In this document: positions 49,121-59,094 of the stretch, piece after piece | How the letters are laid out: each line of letters opens with the position of its first letter | How positions within the stretch are numbered: the stretch's first letter is position 1 | From: a bacterium | Lineage (GTDB): Bacteria; SAR324; XYD2-FULL-50-16 | Direction: 5' to 3' | DNA length: 64,000 bases | Assembly (NCBI GenBank): GCA_032250835.1 | Contig: JAVVEA010000007.1 | Span: forward strand, 64,001 to 128,000 | Made by a program: the position numbers and the translations under genes | Notes under the pieces: model-generated | Told to the model about the DNA's origin: nothing | The model's database searches: none | The model's input: the letters and a program-made list of their open reading frames with translations, nothing else

Positions 49121-51664
49121 TTATTTCTTGCGTAAATTACTAAGTTCATAGTTGTGTGACCAAATTCTCCAGCCAGAAATTCCTACAACCTTCAAAAAGG
49201 CGAGTTCAACCTTAATTGGCTTACCTTTCGTTGATTCGTCTATTTCCTTGTCATCAAATTGAAAAAGGTGGGCACTTGTCTCCGAGTTTATCCGATACAC
49301 GACAAATATTTCTTCATTCCTATTTTTTACTATGCTTCCTATCTGGATGTTTTGCTTTTTAGATATTTTTTCAAAAGGCAGCAGAGTGCAAAATTCAATA
49401 CTCCACTGCTTGATTTTTTCTAACCAAGGACCAAATTCTTCAGATTCATAGTTTCCTTTCACTGAATCCAGGTATTCTTCAATTCGTGGGTGACAATTCA
49501 ACCATGGAACAAGCGATAGCAGAACAGCGTGATCAAACAACTCTGCTTCTTCAATTTCCTCCGTGTCCCACCCAGAGTACTCCCGATTTTTGACATCGAC
49601 TTCCCAAGCTAAACAGAGCAATGCTGGGACTAGAAAATACAATTCATCTGGCAAACTATCGTTACCGTCCACGATTTTTTTGAAACGCCAGTTACCTGAC
49701 CTCGAGAACAAGTATTGTATGGCTACACTCAGCAACTCCTTCTGCTGCTCAAAAATATCAAGTTTTGGGTCATCTATAAAGCTTCGTTGCAGCGTAGCGC
49801 GTGAAAGCAGGTGAGCTGCACAGGCCAATATTCCTGCATACCTCTCAACAGTAACGATGTCTTGGTCAGGGTTTTTAAATAAGTTAGTTTTCAAGCTCCG
49901 TACGATATAAGTCGCTTTGTTTGATAGTTGCTCCCGTAGTTGCGTATCGACGGGCTCTAAATCGATTTCATCTGAATCCTCATGTTTCGTTAAAGCGAGT
50001 AATTCCTCCTCATCTACCTCTTGGATTTTAGGTTCAATCTTTCGGTCAGTTAAAAACAGACGAGGTAACATTTCCAAGAGACTTCCTAAATCACCATGAC
50101 GAAGATGATTGATGTGGTTGTGACTATCTGGACTTATCTCGTCTTGATAGAAAATTTCCATCGAAGCGGTTTGAACGGGATTTTGCTTCGGACTTTGACT
50201 TGAGGCAGAGTTAGCTTGAGGGCCGCTTTTTATTAGTTTTTGAAACAGATCAAACAAAGGTTGGGGGCTATCTTCACCTAGAAAAATTCCTTTGAGTAAA
50301 CTTTGAATTTTTTTCTCTTGATCTGACATACTTAGGTTTTGTATGTGCCTTACCTCGATCAAAAGCAGTTGCAGGCTTTCTGACTCAGCGTTGCTGAGTC
50401 TAGCGCGTTTCCAGGAAGAGTACGGGATGCCTTCCACACGAAAATGTAGCCTGTCATCCACCAACTCAGATTCAGAAATGAGGAAAAGTTGATTATCCCA
50501 TTCGTCCAGCAACTCCAACTTAGAGCCATTTTGCCAAGACTTAGGCACGTTCAGCACACGCAGTTCACCGCCCTCCCTTTGCGCCCATAAAAGGCCTCCT
50601 GTTGAGCCACTGTCGGCTGTGGGGTTATTCTTCCTCACTTGCGCTCTTTGTGTCGCTGAAAGCTCTGGGCAATCAAATAAATCGTTTAGCTTCAATTTGT
50701 CAGCGAGTTGCTTAGCTAATTCACCCTCATGGACAACGACCGCTTCAGCGTTTCTACCGCCCGTATTAGCTAGCCACGCTGCCGCGCTTGCATTTGCACT
50801 ACCGCTAATCAGGAGGTCTTCGTCGTGAGTTGATTGAAAATAAAAAAACTTTGCGTGTTTGAAACAGTTTATTGCCGTATCCCGTAAATCCACATTATTG
50901 GCATCGACAAACATCACCCCATCAGCATCGATTTCATCTACGTCCACTTCACAGACCTCTGGGTCAATCGCCACCGTAAGAGGGCATTTGAATTTTTCTC
51001 GCAATTGTTTGAGGAATTCTAGATTGCGGTCAAAATATGGGCTAAACACCAAAATCCGGCTGCATTGGAGATTTCTATCCGCCAAAACCTGATTCCAAAG
51101 GCTAGGGCCATCTGGAGTCGAGTAATAAAAAGGGGGAGATTGATCGGAAAGCAAGTTGGACGCTTGCGGCATTTGCCCCCAAAACTCGGTCAAAGCGTTT
51201 TGTATTGGCAGGGGAATATCGGATTGTAACATCCAAGATTCAGCTAGATTTTGAACATGACCAATGAGTTGTTGGGCAATCGGTTGATCGGAAAGTTCAG
51301 TGAAAGAGCTTGAAACTTCCAAGTTATGCCCGTATCCCGAAAAGGTTAGGTTATGGCTACCCACATGCAATCGAGTTTGTTTTTTCCCAAAAAGAAATAG
51401 GAGCTTTGGGTGGAAGCTTTGAGCGCAATCGACCGGAATCAATAAATACTCTTTTCCTGCAAGGGTAGGTGCCTGATCTGGATCGGCTAAAGCCTTAACC
51501 AGCTGCCGCCGGTCCATCAGCAATACATTAAACAAGCACCCGCGTCGCTGCAAGCGCTTCAAAATAAAGCGTTCGTAAAAAGGGAAATATACGTTGAAGC
51601 TAGTTATTAAAGACGATTGGAACGCATGTTCTTCTAGTGATTTAATCAAGGATAGTTCATTCAT
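49121..51664 (-). CDS. Phospholipase D-superfamily protein with two HxK motifs, putative nuclease/defence effector
   Basis: FHPKLL...GSHNLT and KHAKFF...GSANAS; SPYFD; long uncharacterised C-terminal half; AT-rich. Confidence 0.8.
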   Translation of the reverse strand: MNELSLIKSLEEHAFQSSLITSFNVYFPFYERFILKRLQRRGCLFNVLLMDRRQLVKALADPDQAPTLAGKEYLLIPVDCAQSFHPKLLFLFGKKQTRLHVGSHNLTFSGYGHNLEVSSSFTELSDQPIAQQLIGHVQNLAESWMLQSDIPLPIQNALTEFWGQMPQASNLLSDQSPPFYYSTPDGPSLWNQVLADRNLQCSRILVFSPYFDRNLEFLKQLREKFKCPLTVAIDPEVCEVDVDEIDADGVMFVDANNVDLRDTAINCFKHAKFFYFQSTHDEDLLISGSANASAAAWLANTGGRNAEAVVVHEGELAKQLADKLKLNDLFDCPELSATQRAQVRKNNPTADSGSTGGLLWAQREGGELRVLNVPKSWQNGSKLELLDEWDNQLFLISESELVDDRLHFRVEGIPYSSWKRARLSNAESESLQLLLIEVRHIQNLSMSDQEKKIQSLLKGIFLGEDSPQPLFDLFQKLIKSGPQANSASSQSPKQNPVQTASMEIFYQDEISPDSHNHINHLRHGDLGSLLEMLPRLFLTDRKIEPKIQEVDEEELLALTKHEDSDEIDLEPVDTQLREQLSNKATYIVRSLKTNLFKNPDQDIVTVERYAGILACAAHLLSRATLQRSFIDDPKLDIFEQQKELLSVAIQYLFSRSGNWRFKKIVDGNDSLPDELYFLVPALLCLAWEVDVKNREYSGWDTEEIEEAELFDHAVLLSLVPWLNCHPRIEEYLDSVKGNYESEEFGPWLEKIKQWSIEFCTLLPFEKISKKQNIQIGSIVKNRNEEIFVVYRINSETSAHLFQFDDKEIDESTKGKPIKVELAFLKVVGISGWRIWSHNYELSNLRKK

Positions 51665-53312
51665 TTCGCCATTTTGATAGAATTTGCTCCGCAGCTAGGG
51701 AGATACCAATCATTTGATCACTATTCGTCTCAATCAAACCTAAATCCACTAAAAATTGGCGGGATGGCTCAAAGCGAGGATTGGTAAAGACCGGGGTAGG
51801 TATGCGATCAACGTCAACCAGCAGCCCGAATTCCGTAGGCTTTAAACGGAAGGTATCTTGTCCGTATTGGGCCATTTTGATTAAAGCTACTTGAAGATGG
51901 CAATCTAAGGTCCACCTCGTCAGCAATTCTTTTACCACTTGTTGAAATGTCATTGCAGCCCAATCAACAAATACCAATTTAAGAAAATTTCCTAAACTTA
52001 AGCTGTATGACCTCCGGTCTTCTAAGCTAAATTGGCTGTCTGCAGGAAGGTTTGTGCTGTTATTCTGCTTTGCCCTGATAGCAATAGCTAACAACAAATC
52101 CAAAGCGGTCTCTAATAGTTGTTCTAACTCCAGATTGCTAGTTAACTCTATCGCCAATTGACACTCATGATTTTTAGCTTGCCATTCCAGAAGGCCTGGA
52201 AGGGTCGGTTCCTCTTCCTCCAAGATCAATGAGAAGGATTTCTGGTCAATATCCTCATACAGTTCTTGCCAGATTTCCTGAGTAAACAGCCACTCTGCAA
52301 ACTGACCGCTATTGCTAAATCGAACGCCTTCGCTTGAGACTGAATCTATGGCGCTTAAAGCAAACTGAAATAGCCCCTGCATTGCCATTGCCAGAAGCTC
52401 TGACTGCTCGTATAGCGCCCAACCTTCTCGAATTCGTTCCAACGACGATGGAAGATTCCAAGGCTGTTGATCCTGTGTCGCATTGGCATAACATTGAGCA
52501 CGAAATGCAAGGGAGGCTAAATTTGGATTTTCGACTTTCGTAGCGCCATCGATCCAGTGGAGGATCAAGCTGAGAGAGGCAGGTCGGTAGCCCGCGAATG
52601 ACTTCGCTGAGCTGGCAGTGGTAGCAAAGAGAAGATTAGTTAGCTGCTTTTGCTCAGATGCGCTTTGACGCAGTTGGCAGAAACAGAAGCTAGCAAGCTG
52701 ATCTAACCGGTTCAGGTCAAATTCGTCTTTATTAAGTGTCTGGAAAAATAATTCCGAACTTTCATCCGAAGCAAAGCTTTTTGCTAACGGGGAAATATTG
52801 GAAACAACGCACTTTAGCTTTTTCAGGTCCCCTTCAAAAAAGCCATAGGAAGCAAGTGTAGAAAAGTAATACTGCCCCAACCCGCCTTTGAGATTCTGAA
52901 AATAAGACTTTTCTGCTTTCGGGTCAGCAAAGTGACTCAAGCGCAATGTGTGGTCGCTATCTAACGCATTCAGAGCTGGCCCTAAGGTATTACTCCCAAC
53001 CATCGCTTTGATATGCTGCGAAGGAGCAGGTCCGTTACCTGTATGATTATGCCTGTGCGCGATCAGTGTTAAAAGGCATTCAGCACGCCGGAGGAAGGTG
53101 ATCACCTGCGTGTCATCAAGTGCAAACCTTTCGCATGTATGAAATGTATGAAAAAACCAGGGATAAAAAGAGTAATAGCGTAACCGTTCAGTTACGTTTG
53201 TTATGCCAGGGAGGAGTTCGGCATACAAAGCTTTATTGGGAGCTTGCACGCCCAAGTGGTCCAGCCCACCCTTTTCGTACATTGGTTTTGTCCAGAAAGT
53301 ATCTTGGTTCAT
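51657..53312 (-). CDS. Uncharacterised protein, partner of the PLD protein (DUF6361-like N-terminal motif)
   Basis: GLDHLG...LLPGITNVTERLRYYSFYPW; stop overlaps the PLD gene start by 8 bp. Confidence 0.7.
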   Translation of the reverse strand: MNQDTFWTKPMYEKGGLDHLGVQAPNKALYAELLPGITNVTERLRYYSFYPWFFHTFHTCERFALDDTQVITFLRRAECLLTLIAHRHNHTGNGPAPSQHIKAMVGSNTLGPALNALDSDHTLRLSHFADPKAEKSYFQNLKGGLGQYYFSTLASYGFFEGDLKKLKCVVSNISPLAKSFASDESSELFFQTLNKDEFDLNRLDQLASFCFCQLRQSASEQKQLTNLLFATTASSAKSFAGYRPASLSLILHWIDGATKVENPNLASLAFRAQCYANATQDQQPWNLPSSLERIREGWALYEQSELLAMAMQGLFQFALSAIDSVSSEGVRFSNSGQFAEWLFTQEIWQELYEDIDQKSFSLILEEEEPTLPGLLEWQAKNHECQLAIELTSNLELEQLLETALDLLLAIAIRAKQNNSTNLPADSQFSLEDRRSYSLSLGNFLKLVFVDWAAMTFQQVVKELLTRWTLDCHLQVALIKMAQYGQDTFRLKPTEFGLLVDVDRIPTPVFTNPRFEPSRQFLVDLGLIETNSDQMIGISLAAEQILSKWRNE

Positions 53313-53404
53313 TTTTTCAGACCATATTAATTATTCAATGTTCCACCACGTACTTAGCAGTTTACCTGGAAATTTTCAATTTTAACCGCAAATATACGAT
53401 ATAT

Positions 53405-53415
53405 TATAGTGGACC
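53405..53415 (+). mobile_element. Outer tip of an IS3-type inverted repeat
   Basis: TATAGTGGACC is the exact reverse complement of GGTCCACTATA at 49100-49110. Confidence 0.55.
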
Positions 53416-53498
53416 AACCTTTTAAGAACGTTCCCTAGGCGCTCCCTTGTCTGAAGGCAAACACCCATCTCACTCTGCGGCCCAATGCCCCTCGTTCG

Positions 53499-53595
53499 AA
53501 AATCAGGGGACAAAATCAGGTGGCAGTATACCGATTTTTGCTCAAATCCAGCGAATTGCGCTGTCATTGAAATCAGGGATTCTGTCATCTGATTT
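53499..53595. repeat. Right array of REP-like palindromes, inverted relative to the left array
   Basis: AAAATCAGGGGACAAAATCAGGTGGCAGTATACCGATTTTT, plus inverted copy AAATCAGGGATTCTGTCATCTGATTT at 53570-53595. Confidence 0.75.
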
Positions 53596-53683
53596 ATTTA
53601 ATCTTTATCGACCTAATTAGGTTCGCCCCAACAAGCGGATGCAGCAGTGCTTGGGGGTGTAAAAAAGACAACCTAAGAACCCC

Positions 53684-54604
53684 CTACCGCTCCGTCAGCT
53701 TCAGCGGCAAGTCTTCGTGCACGCCGCGGTTGGCGTAGCCTTTCCAGGCGGCGACGTCCAGCTTCTGGCCTTGATTCCAGTAGGCTAGCATCTTCTCGGG
53801 GTCTAAGGCTCCGGCCTTATTGGCGAACTCCTGCTGCACCTTGTTGTAAGGCACGTTGACCTGTCGGGAGGTGGCGTAGGCGACGCCCGCGCGGTCGGCG
53901 AAGAGGGGCCAGAAGATTTGTAGGCCGTGTTCTAGGCTGTTGGGGGCCTTGAAGGGGATCATCCGGCATTGGGCCAAAAACTCACGGGTATCAAAAATAT
54001 GGCCGTCTACCGAAAGGGGGTAACCCCAGTCATATTCCCCTTGCCGCCAACGCCAGCGGATAAAGCCACCCTCTTCTTGCAAGGGGGGCCGCTGCATGGG
54101 CAAACCCAACATATAATGGAAGTCCAACTGGGCCCCATGGCGCAGGCTGAAGACGGCCTCCTTGGGGTCCTGCTTCAGGGCCTCGGTGAAGTCGAATTCT
54201 TGGGTGAAGAGGATGTCATCGACCAAAAAGAAGACCCGCGTTGCCTCAAGGGCCGCCAAGAGGTCCAAAAGATCGCTACGGAAGGCGTATTCCTCCACAA
54301 AGGTCACCGGCCAATCCTTACAAAGCCGCCTAACCTCGGCGTAGGCTCCTTGGTGGGCTTTGCTAGAGGCGCGGAAAAGGACGCTCAAGGGGGCGGGGTC
54401 TTGGGCCTGCAAAAAATAAGACTCTAAAAGCGCGAAGAGCTGCAAGGCGCGGTCAAAACTAAAAACCACCCCGGCCAGCGCGTTGGGGCGCGGGGCCGAG
54501 TCGCGCGCCAATTGGACCTGGACCATCTGTTTCAGCTGGGAAGTCCGCCAAGGCAGGTTCAACTGCCCGGCCAAGCGCAGGTGACGCAACCAACGCCGGA
54601 TCAT
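53684..54604 (-). CDS. Putative GT-A-like glycosyltransferase
   Basis: FSFDRALQL, FFLVDDILF and YPLSVDGHIF motifs; glycan-locus context. Confidence 0.6.
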   Translation of the reverse strand: MIRRWLRHLRLAGQLNLPWRTSQLKQMVQVQLARDSAPRPNALAGVVFSFDRALQLFALLESYFLQAQDPAPLSVLFRASSKAHQGAYAEVRRLCKDWPVTFVEEYAFRSDLLDLLAALEATRVFFLVDDILFTQEFDFTEALKQDPKEAVFSLRHGAQLDFHYMLGLPMQRPPLQEEGGFIRWRWRQGEYDWGYPLSVDGHIFDTREFLAQCRMIPFKAPNSLEHGLQIFWPLFADRAGVAYATSRQVNVPYNKVQQEFANKAGALDPEKMLAYWNQGQKLDVAAWKGYANRGVHEDLPLKLTER

Positions 54605-55353
54605 GACTTAACCCACCAGAAACAACCGCAGCCATATTCTTGTTGGTCGCATAACTCCGCACTAGCGCCGACCAGCAAATCCCCGGCGGCGGGATCGTCA
54701 GGGATCAGGGCGAATTGGCGCAGTTCAAAGCCCTCAAAGTAGCCTAAAATCTGTTGGTAGCCGTAAATCCGGTGGGCGTTGTATTGGACCTGCGGTTTGC
54801 CAATAGGCACCACAAACAAGAGGCTGCCGCCGGGTGCAACCACCCGCTTGAGTTGCTCGATGGCCTTTAAGTCGCCCATGGGGTCGATGGCGTCACCGTA
54901 ACGCCCGAGCCCCACATGCTCGACTACATGCATGCAAGAAAGGCTTTCGAGGCTGTTGTCTTCAAAGGGCAAGGCATTGAGGTCTGCGGCGTTACATTCT
55001 AAGTTATCCAAGCCCATCGGGGCGGGGCGGTAATCGTAAAAGGAGACGGGGATAAAGGCCGAAAGCAGGGCCGAAAAGTCCACCTTACTGCCCACATCCA
55101 CATGCCGCTTCGGGGCGATCTCGCGCACCGCACGGGCCGCCCAGGCGGGGTGGAAGACATAATGCCGGTCGAAACCGGTCTGGGCGGTTTTCTCACCCAA
55201 GATCGGGAACTTCGGCCCCATGGGCAGGTCTTCGCGGGTTCCGGCGGCACGGAATCGGGCCCAGTCGCGCAAGTAGTCGAGGAAAAAAAGACTATTGCGC
55301 AGTTGCCGCGCACCGGCAAAAAGAAGAAATTGTTTCAGCAGGCTAGGTCGCAT
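54601..55353 (-). CDS. SAM-dependent methyltransferase-like protein (DUF268-type)
   Basis: HVDVGS, SCMHVVEHVGLGRYGD and NAHRIY motifs. Confidence 0.8.
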   Translation of the reverse strand: MRPSLLKQFLLFAGARQLRNSLFFLDYLRDWARFRAAGTREDLPMGPKFPILGEKTAQTGFDRHYVFHPAWAARAVREIAPKRHVDVGSKVDFSALLSAFIPVSFYDYRPAPMGLDNLECNAADLNALPFEDNSLESLSCMHVVEHVGLGRYGDAIDPMGDLKAIEQLKRVVAPGGSLLFVVPIGKPQVQYNAHRIYGYQQILGYFEGFELRQFALIPDDPAAGDLLVGASAELCDQQEYGCGCFWWVKS

Positions 55354-55486
55354 AGGTAAAGGCTCCAAAGATGGGGCTCATTCTGCCCGATAGGACCCAT
55401 TAAGACAAGCAGCACCCCGCCCTGAGGCTTGTGGTCTGCTTGATTATCTGCCATCTTCGGGTGGAAAACCCCTTACCTTGCCCTTT

Positions 55487-56992
55487 ATGGCCAGCAAAAA
55501 GCTCTCCTTCTTTCTGGGTGCCGCCGTCGACTTGATGGGTATTCCAGTGACCATGTTCTTGAGCTTTGTGATGGTGCCCCTTTATCTGCGCCACATCGAA
55601 GCCGCCGAGTTCGGCTATTGGTCGGCCACTTTAGAGGCCACCCAATTTGCCAGCCTGCTTTGGATCAGCTTCGATTACTTCTTGATCCAGTCCGTCTCGG
55701 GCAAGATCGACCAGCCCGAGGAGTTGAGCCAGGACTTAAGTGAGTCGGTGGTGGTGGTCTTGATTTGGGCTAGCCTATCGGTGCTTTTGGTGGCTCTGGT
55801 GGTTTGGGTGCATCCTCAACTATTAGAGCAAATCGGCTTCCAGGCATTCAGCGGGTTGATTTCCTTGATGGCCCTTTGGGCGGTGTTGCGCTCCTTGCGC
55901 CATCTACTGACCAGCTGCCTGATCGGCCAGAACCGCATGCCTTTAGTCAACGGCATCGGCCTGTTGGGTACTGCGCTGTTCCAGGTCCTGCCCTATGTTT
56001 ACCTACAATTTGGTTGGGGCTTGTTGTCCTTTGGGCTAGGCTACCTGAGCGCCTTTGTGTTGCTCTTGAGTCTAGAGGCCTCCCAGGTAGGGGGCTTCTT
56101 TTTGGCGCACTTTAAGCCCCAATTGGTGCGGCTCAGTGGCGTCAAAAGTCTACTAGGCTTTTCCTTCCAGACCTTCACCAGCAAGTTCAGCCAACACGCC
56201 TACACCTACATCAACATCTTTGTAATCGCCCAGTTGCTGGGTGCCGCAGCCATTGCGGTCTATGTGCTTAGCCTCAAACTGACCAATTTTTCTAAGTTCA
56301 TTGTCCCGCGCATCTCCGCCATTGGCTTCCCCTCTTATGCCCGGCTGCTGGCCGAAGGTAACTTAGAACGCATGGGGGAGGTGTTACTGAAGCTTTACCG
56401 GTTTAGTCTGCGTTTCGGGTTGCTCTTGAGCGGTAGCATCTTCTTCCTCAACGGCGTTTTTGTGGCCCATTGGGTCGGGGCTGAGCAATATGCCGGATTT
56501 ACCTTCACGCTGCTGGCGGCGGCCTTTTGTTTTAAGGAGTCGCTGGTCGCTATCTTTTACCAGACCGTTTTCGCCACCCGAGAGATCACCTGGGCCAACC
56601 GGGTGATTGTTTTTGAGGCGCTCTTAAACTTGGGCCTCGCCTATGTTATGGGGCAGTACTGGGGCGTGACCGGGGTATTAGCGGCGACCTTAATCTCCAC
56701 CGGACTGGCCTCGACTAGCTATCTTGTTTTTAAAAGCCTGCAATTGGCCGGGTTGCGGCTAAGTGACTTGATCACCACCTCCCCGGCGGTTTTGCTTAAA
56801 AGCTTGCCTAGCCTAGCGGCCCTTTATGGCGGGGCTTGGTTGCTAGAGCTGCAGTTTGACTGGTGGCTGCTCATAGCGACGGTGGCCTTGGCCGGGCTGT
56901 TGAACCTGCTCTTTTTTGAGGCTCGCTTGGCCTTTGAGCTGCGGCACTTGGGCCCCAAGGAGATCTTAAAGGAGATGATCGAGCGGTCTTAA
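55487..56992 (+). CDS. Polysaccharide flippase (Wzx/MATE-like)
   Basis: About 12-14 TMs; VPLYLRHIEAAEFGYW N-terminal motif. Confidence 0.8.
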   Translation: MASKKLSFFLGAAVDLMGIPVTMFLSFVMVPLYLRHIEAAEFGYWSATLEATQFASLLWISFDYFLIQSVSGKIDQPEELSQDLSESVVVVLIWASLSVLLVALVVWVHPQLLEQIGFQAFSGLISLMALWAVLRSLRHLLTSCLIGQNRMPLVNGIGLLGTALFQVLPYVYLQFGWGLLSFGLGYLSAFVLLLSLEASQVGGFFLAHFKPQLVRLSGVKSLLGFSFQTFTSKFSQHAYTYINIFVIAQLLGAAAIAVYVLSLKLTNFSKFIVPRISAIGFPSYARLLAEGNLERMGEVLLKLYRFSLRFGLLLSGSIFFLNGVFVAHWVGAEQYAGFTFTLLAAAFCFKESLVAIFYQTVFATREITWANRVIVFEALLNLGLAYVMGQYWGVTGVLAATLISTGLASTSYLVFKSLQLAGLRLSDLITTSPAVLLKSLPSLAALYGGAWLLELQFDWWLLIATVALAGLLNLLFFEARLAFELRHLGPKEILKEMIERS

Positions 56993-57016
56993 GCCTATGG
57001 ACGGCTTAGGCCTCTG

Positions 57017-58033
57017 GTGTTAGAAAAGAAGTCAACGCCAACTTCTTTACTCAGGCCCCCATTGCTTGTTAAACTCACCGGCTTTTCTGATTATCCGATC
57101 CTGCGCCAGACCCGGCGGCAACTGGGCCTTTGGGGTGGGTTTCAGTTTTTTAACGATGAAGAGGAAGACCGCCCCTATGACTTCTGGGTGGTTTACGGAA
57201 ATATCAACCGGCCCCTTCAGGCCCTCTGCCCGCCCGAGCGGTTGGTTTTGGTTACCGGCGAGCCGCCCTCGGTGGACTATTACCCCCCCGGTTTCACCAA
57301 ACAATTTTGCCGGGTGATCACCAGCCACCGCCGGATCAAACACCCCGACCGACACCTGGAGCAACAAGGCCTTCCCTGGCACGTAGGCCGGCGGCAGGAA
57401 AACCACCAAAGCCTTAGCTACAGCAAAGACTACGACGAACTTTGCGCGATAGAAGAGCTGCCTAAGTCCAAATTGATTTCGGTGATCAGCAGCAACAAGA
57501 GGCTGTCTAAGGGCCACCGAGCCCGGCTCGACTTTGTGATGAAGCTCAAAGACCACTTTGGTGACCAGATCGACCTCTTTGGCCGGGGGCTCGCCGAGAT
57601 TGCCGACAAGTGGGACGCACTGGCCCCCTACCGCTACCATGTTTGCATCGAAAACAGCGCGGCGGACGACTATTGGACCGAAAAGCTTTCGGACAGTTAT
57701 CTCGCCTTAAGCTACCCGCTCTATTATGGCTGCCCCAACCTGACCCACTACTTTGAGGCCGATTCCTTCCGGGCCATCGACATCCACCGGCCCGATCAGG
57801 CGATTCAGACCATCCAAGCAGCTCTAGACCAAGACCTATATGGCCAATCTCTGGGCGCGTTGCAAGAAGCCAAGACCTTGGTCTTAAAGGAATATAACCT
57901 CTTTGCGTTGTTGGCACGGCACCTGGGCGAGCTGGCCGAGCGCCCGGCGGGACCGCCGCAGCCGGTCTGGATCAAACCCTATTTGTGGCAACAGAAAGTG
58001 GGGCGGCAGTTGATCAAGCGCCTGGGATTATAA
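57017..58033 (+). CDS. Glycosyltransferase family 10 (fucosyltransferase-like)
   Basis: TGEPP and YRYHVCIENSAADDYWTEKLSD...PLYYG GT10 motif. Confidence 0.82.
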   Translation: MLEKKSTPTSLLRPPLLVKLTGFSDYPILRQTRRQLGLWGGFQFFNDEEEDRPYDFWVVYGNINRPLQALCPPERLVLVTGEPPSVDYYPPGFTKQFCRVITSHRRIKHPDRHLEQQGLPWHVGRRQENHQSLSYSKDYDELCAIEELPKSKLISVISSNKRLSKGHRARLDFVMKLKDHFGDQIDLFGRGLAEIADKWDALAPYRYHVCIENSAADDYWTEKLSDSYLALSYPLYYGCPNLTHYFEADSFRAIDIHRPDQAIQTIQAALDQDLYGQSLGALQEAKTLVLKEYNLFALLARHLGELAERPAGPPQPVWIKPYLWQQKVGRQLIKRLGL

Positions 58034-58098
58034 CTCCCCGGCCTTGATCTCAACCAAGAGGCCGCGTTAGCCTTAAGGACAACTTTTTATTAAAAGGC

Positions 58099-59094
58099 GT
58101 GATGTACGGACAGATCAAGGAATTAGAAGTCAAAATCTTAGAGAAGGCCGAGCGCTTGAGCGAGCTGCGCCGGGAACTTTCCCAGCAGGTGGTGGGCCAG
58201 CAGGCGATGATTGAAGGCCTCTTGGTGGGTCTCTTGACGGGCGGGCATATCTTGCTCGAAGGCCTTCCCGGCTTGGCCAAGACCTTAACGGTCAAGGCGC
58301 TGGCCCAGGCGGTAGACGCCGACTTTTCGCGCATCCAATTCACGCCGGACATGCTGCCCGCCGACCTGATCGGCACCCAGGTATTTAACCCCAAAGACGG
58401 CAGTTTTTCGGCCAAAAAGGGACCGGTCTTTAGCAACTTGGTCTTAGCCGACGAGATCAACCGCGCTCCCGCCAAGGTCCAATCCGCGCTCTTAGAGGTG
58501 ATGCAAGAAAAGCAGGTCACCTTAGGCGCGCTCAGCTACAAACTAGAAGCCCCCTTCTTGGTGCTGGCGACCCAAAACCCCATTGAGCAAGAAGGGACCT
58601 ACCCGCTGCCCGAAGCGCAGGTGGACCGTTTCATGATGAAGCTAAAGATCGGCTACCCGTCCAAGACCGAGGAATTAGAAATCCTCAACCGGGTCACCAA
58701 CTTCGCCGAGTTGCCGCCCCTAAAGCCGATCATCAATAAGTCAGAGATCTTGCAGATCCGTGACCTGATGGAGCAGGTCTATTTAGACGACAAGATCAAA
58801 GAATACATCGTCGATTTGGTCCACGCCACCCGCGACCCGGCGGCGGCGGGCTTGCCCAGCCTTAAGCCCTTGATCGAGATGGGAGCTAGCCCCCGGGCCA
58901 GCATCACCCTGGCCATTGCCGCCAGGGCCTATGCCTTTATGGAAGGCAAGGGCTTTGTGACGCCGCGCGAAGTCAAGCTGGCCGCGCCCGAGGTGCTGCG
59001 CCACCGCATCCTGCCCAGCTATGAAGCCGAGGCCGAGGAAATGGACAGCGACCAGATGATCGCCCAATTACTTGCCCACTTGCCGGTTCCCTAA
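58099..59094 (+). CDS. moxR: MoxR family AAA+ ATPase
   Basis: [22 protein letters not shown] and [18 protein letters not shown] motifs. Confidence 0.95.
   Translation: MMYGQIKELEVKILEKAERLSELRRELSQQVVGQQAMIEGLLVGLLTGGHILLEGLPGLAKTLTVKALAQAVDADFSRIQFTPDMLPADLIGTQVFNPKDGSFSAKKGPVFSNLVLADEINRAPAKVQSALLEVMQEKQVTLGALSYKLEAPFLVLATQNPIEQEGTYPLPEAQVDRFMMKLKIGYPSKTEELEILNRVTNFAELPPLKPIINKSEILQIRDLMEQVYLDDKIKEYIVDLVHATRDPAAAGLPSLKPLIEMGASPRASITLAIAARAYAFMEGKGFVTPREVKLAAPEVLRHRILPSYEAEAEEMDSDQMIAQLLAHLPVP

Noticed and set aside
53625-53660. CCCCAACAAGCGGATGCAGC resembling the left half of an integron attC site
   Set aside because: No matching GTTRRRY partner, wrong position relative to the cargo genes and no integrase; at most a fragment
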